This document shows, piece after piece, positions 47,790-48,607 of a DNA stretch of 48,607 nt. The stretch comes from a virus (taxonomy: Duplodnaviria; Heunggongvirae; Uroviricota; Caudoviricetes). Position 1 is the stretch's first letter, and the number at the start of each line of letters is the position of its first letter. Both the position numbers and the translations under genes were made by a program. The notes below the pieces were generated by a model. That model was not told where the DNA came from. It did not search any database and saw only the letters and a list, made by a program, of their open reading frames with translations. The stretch is from positions 97,932 to 146,538 of the IMG/VR virus record IMGVR_UViG_3300031992_000025. One strand, 5' to 3'.

Positions 47790-48607
47790 ATGGCAGGAAT
47801 TTTACCACAAGATAAAGTAAAAGAAGCTAAAGCTTGGCTCCACGATGTTTTTGTTTGAGGAGGGCTAGTTGCTACTCCAAAAAGATCTATTCCAATAGAT
47901 AAATATAGATATATGTATGGGACTCATGATGAAAACTTTAGAAAAGATGACCCAAAATATCGTGATGCTGCAAAAACAATTTGTGCTTGTATTACAAGTA
48001 GAAAAGTTGAAACACAAAGATTTTTAGCATTTGATGCAGCAATTAAACTTCTTTCACAATGCTCATTTTTACCAGATTTAACAGCAAATAGAGGCTATGT
48101 CAGAGAAACTGCAGATACACTCTGTGCTTTTATTGCTTGGTTTTGTGATGAGAATAAATTAGTTTATAATAACATAAATACATCTGTTGAAGAGATGAAA
48201 CAAATTAAAAATACATTAATTGGTAAGACTCTCTGAGACAGTTATTTATTTGCTAAAGACCATACACCAGAAAATAAGCCAAATAAGGGAACTGTTGATA
48301 CAAGTGCTCCTGCTAAACCAGCAGCTCAAGCTACACCAGCTGCAAGTACACCTGCCAGCAATAATGGAACACCAACTGCTACTACAGTAAAAACTGGTGG
48401 TCCTGCTGGACATACATTATATAGAAAGAATGCAAGCGGTATTTTAACACAGGGCAAACTTACTAATATTGCTAATGGTTATTATGTATATTGGATTGGT
48501 GGAGAATTTACTAATCCAGGAAAAACTCAACCAAAATTACATGTTAAACCTCAATATGGTAAAACACCATTAAAAGTTGATTTTGGTAGCGGCCAAGGAT
48601 ATAATGA
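47790..48607 (+). CDS. 3'-partial hypothetical (likely late/virion) protein with at least 2 TGA=Trp
   Basis: ATG 47790 with RBS; TGA at 47856 and 48234; Pro/Ala/Thr linker; the frame is open to the window end. Confidence 0.7.

Noticed and set aside
2-48607. TGA interruptions as sequencing errors, pseudogenes, selenocysteine or code 25 (Gly)
   Set aside because: Interruptions are always TGA and always in frame, with no frameshifts. They fall at Trp-type positions rather than Cys or Gly positions, and no gene uses TGA as a stop.
2-48607. Suppressor tRNA-Trp(UCA), release factor or aminoacyl-tRNA synthetase
   Set aside because: No cloverleaf or such protein was recognisable in the few intergenic gaps. 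The decoding machinery must be outside the window or host-supplied; tRNAscan-SE/ARAGORN is needed to be sure.
2-48607. Naming the host (e.g. a code-4 Mollicute) or the phage family
   Set aside because: Strong AGGAG RBSs and AT richness fit Bacillota/Mollicutes, but the sequence alone cannot fix the host. Strict TGG use in core genes argues against simply assuming a code-4 host.

Overview
This is an AT-rich, gene-dense, single-strand (+) segment of a large dsDNA tailed-phage genome. It runs from virion-type genes (1-8.4 kb) through nucleotide/folate metabolism (8.5-19.9 kb) and a complete replisome and recombination block (19.9-41.2 kb) to a putative regulatory cluster, topoisomerase I and a partial gene. 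The main result is that TGA is read as Trp. No gene I can delimit ends in TGA, and 12 genes that the supplied ORF track splits or misses become intact when TGA=Trp (31 in-frame TGA by hand count, several at family-conserved Trp positions). TGA use is strongly partitioned: the core metabolic and replication genes use only TGG, while TGA sits in virion-type genes, a lipase, a GIY-YIG endonuclease, RecU and a putative late regulator. Most of these genes lie behind a second promoter-like motif (GCYAAATTA), distinct from the TTGTATAATA motif ahead of the TGA-free operons. This suggests a transcription-plus-translation double lock on late functions. Other notable items are a formate-fed dTMP pathway (Fhs, FolD, ThyA, DHFR, dUTPase), a family A polymerase alongside a beta-clamp and gamma/delta/delta-prime clamp loader, an intein-like fossil insertion in the polymerase, a Hint domain in a large virion-region protein, a candidate structured small RNA sharing a repeat with the ssb leader, and several apparently catalytically dead enzyme homologues. 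No tRNA, release factor or CRISPR array was seen. All family calls are from motif recognition by eye, not database searches.
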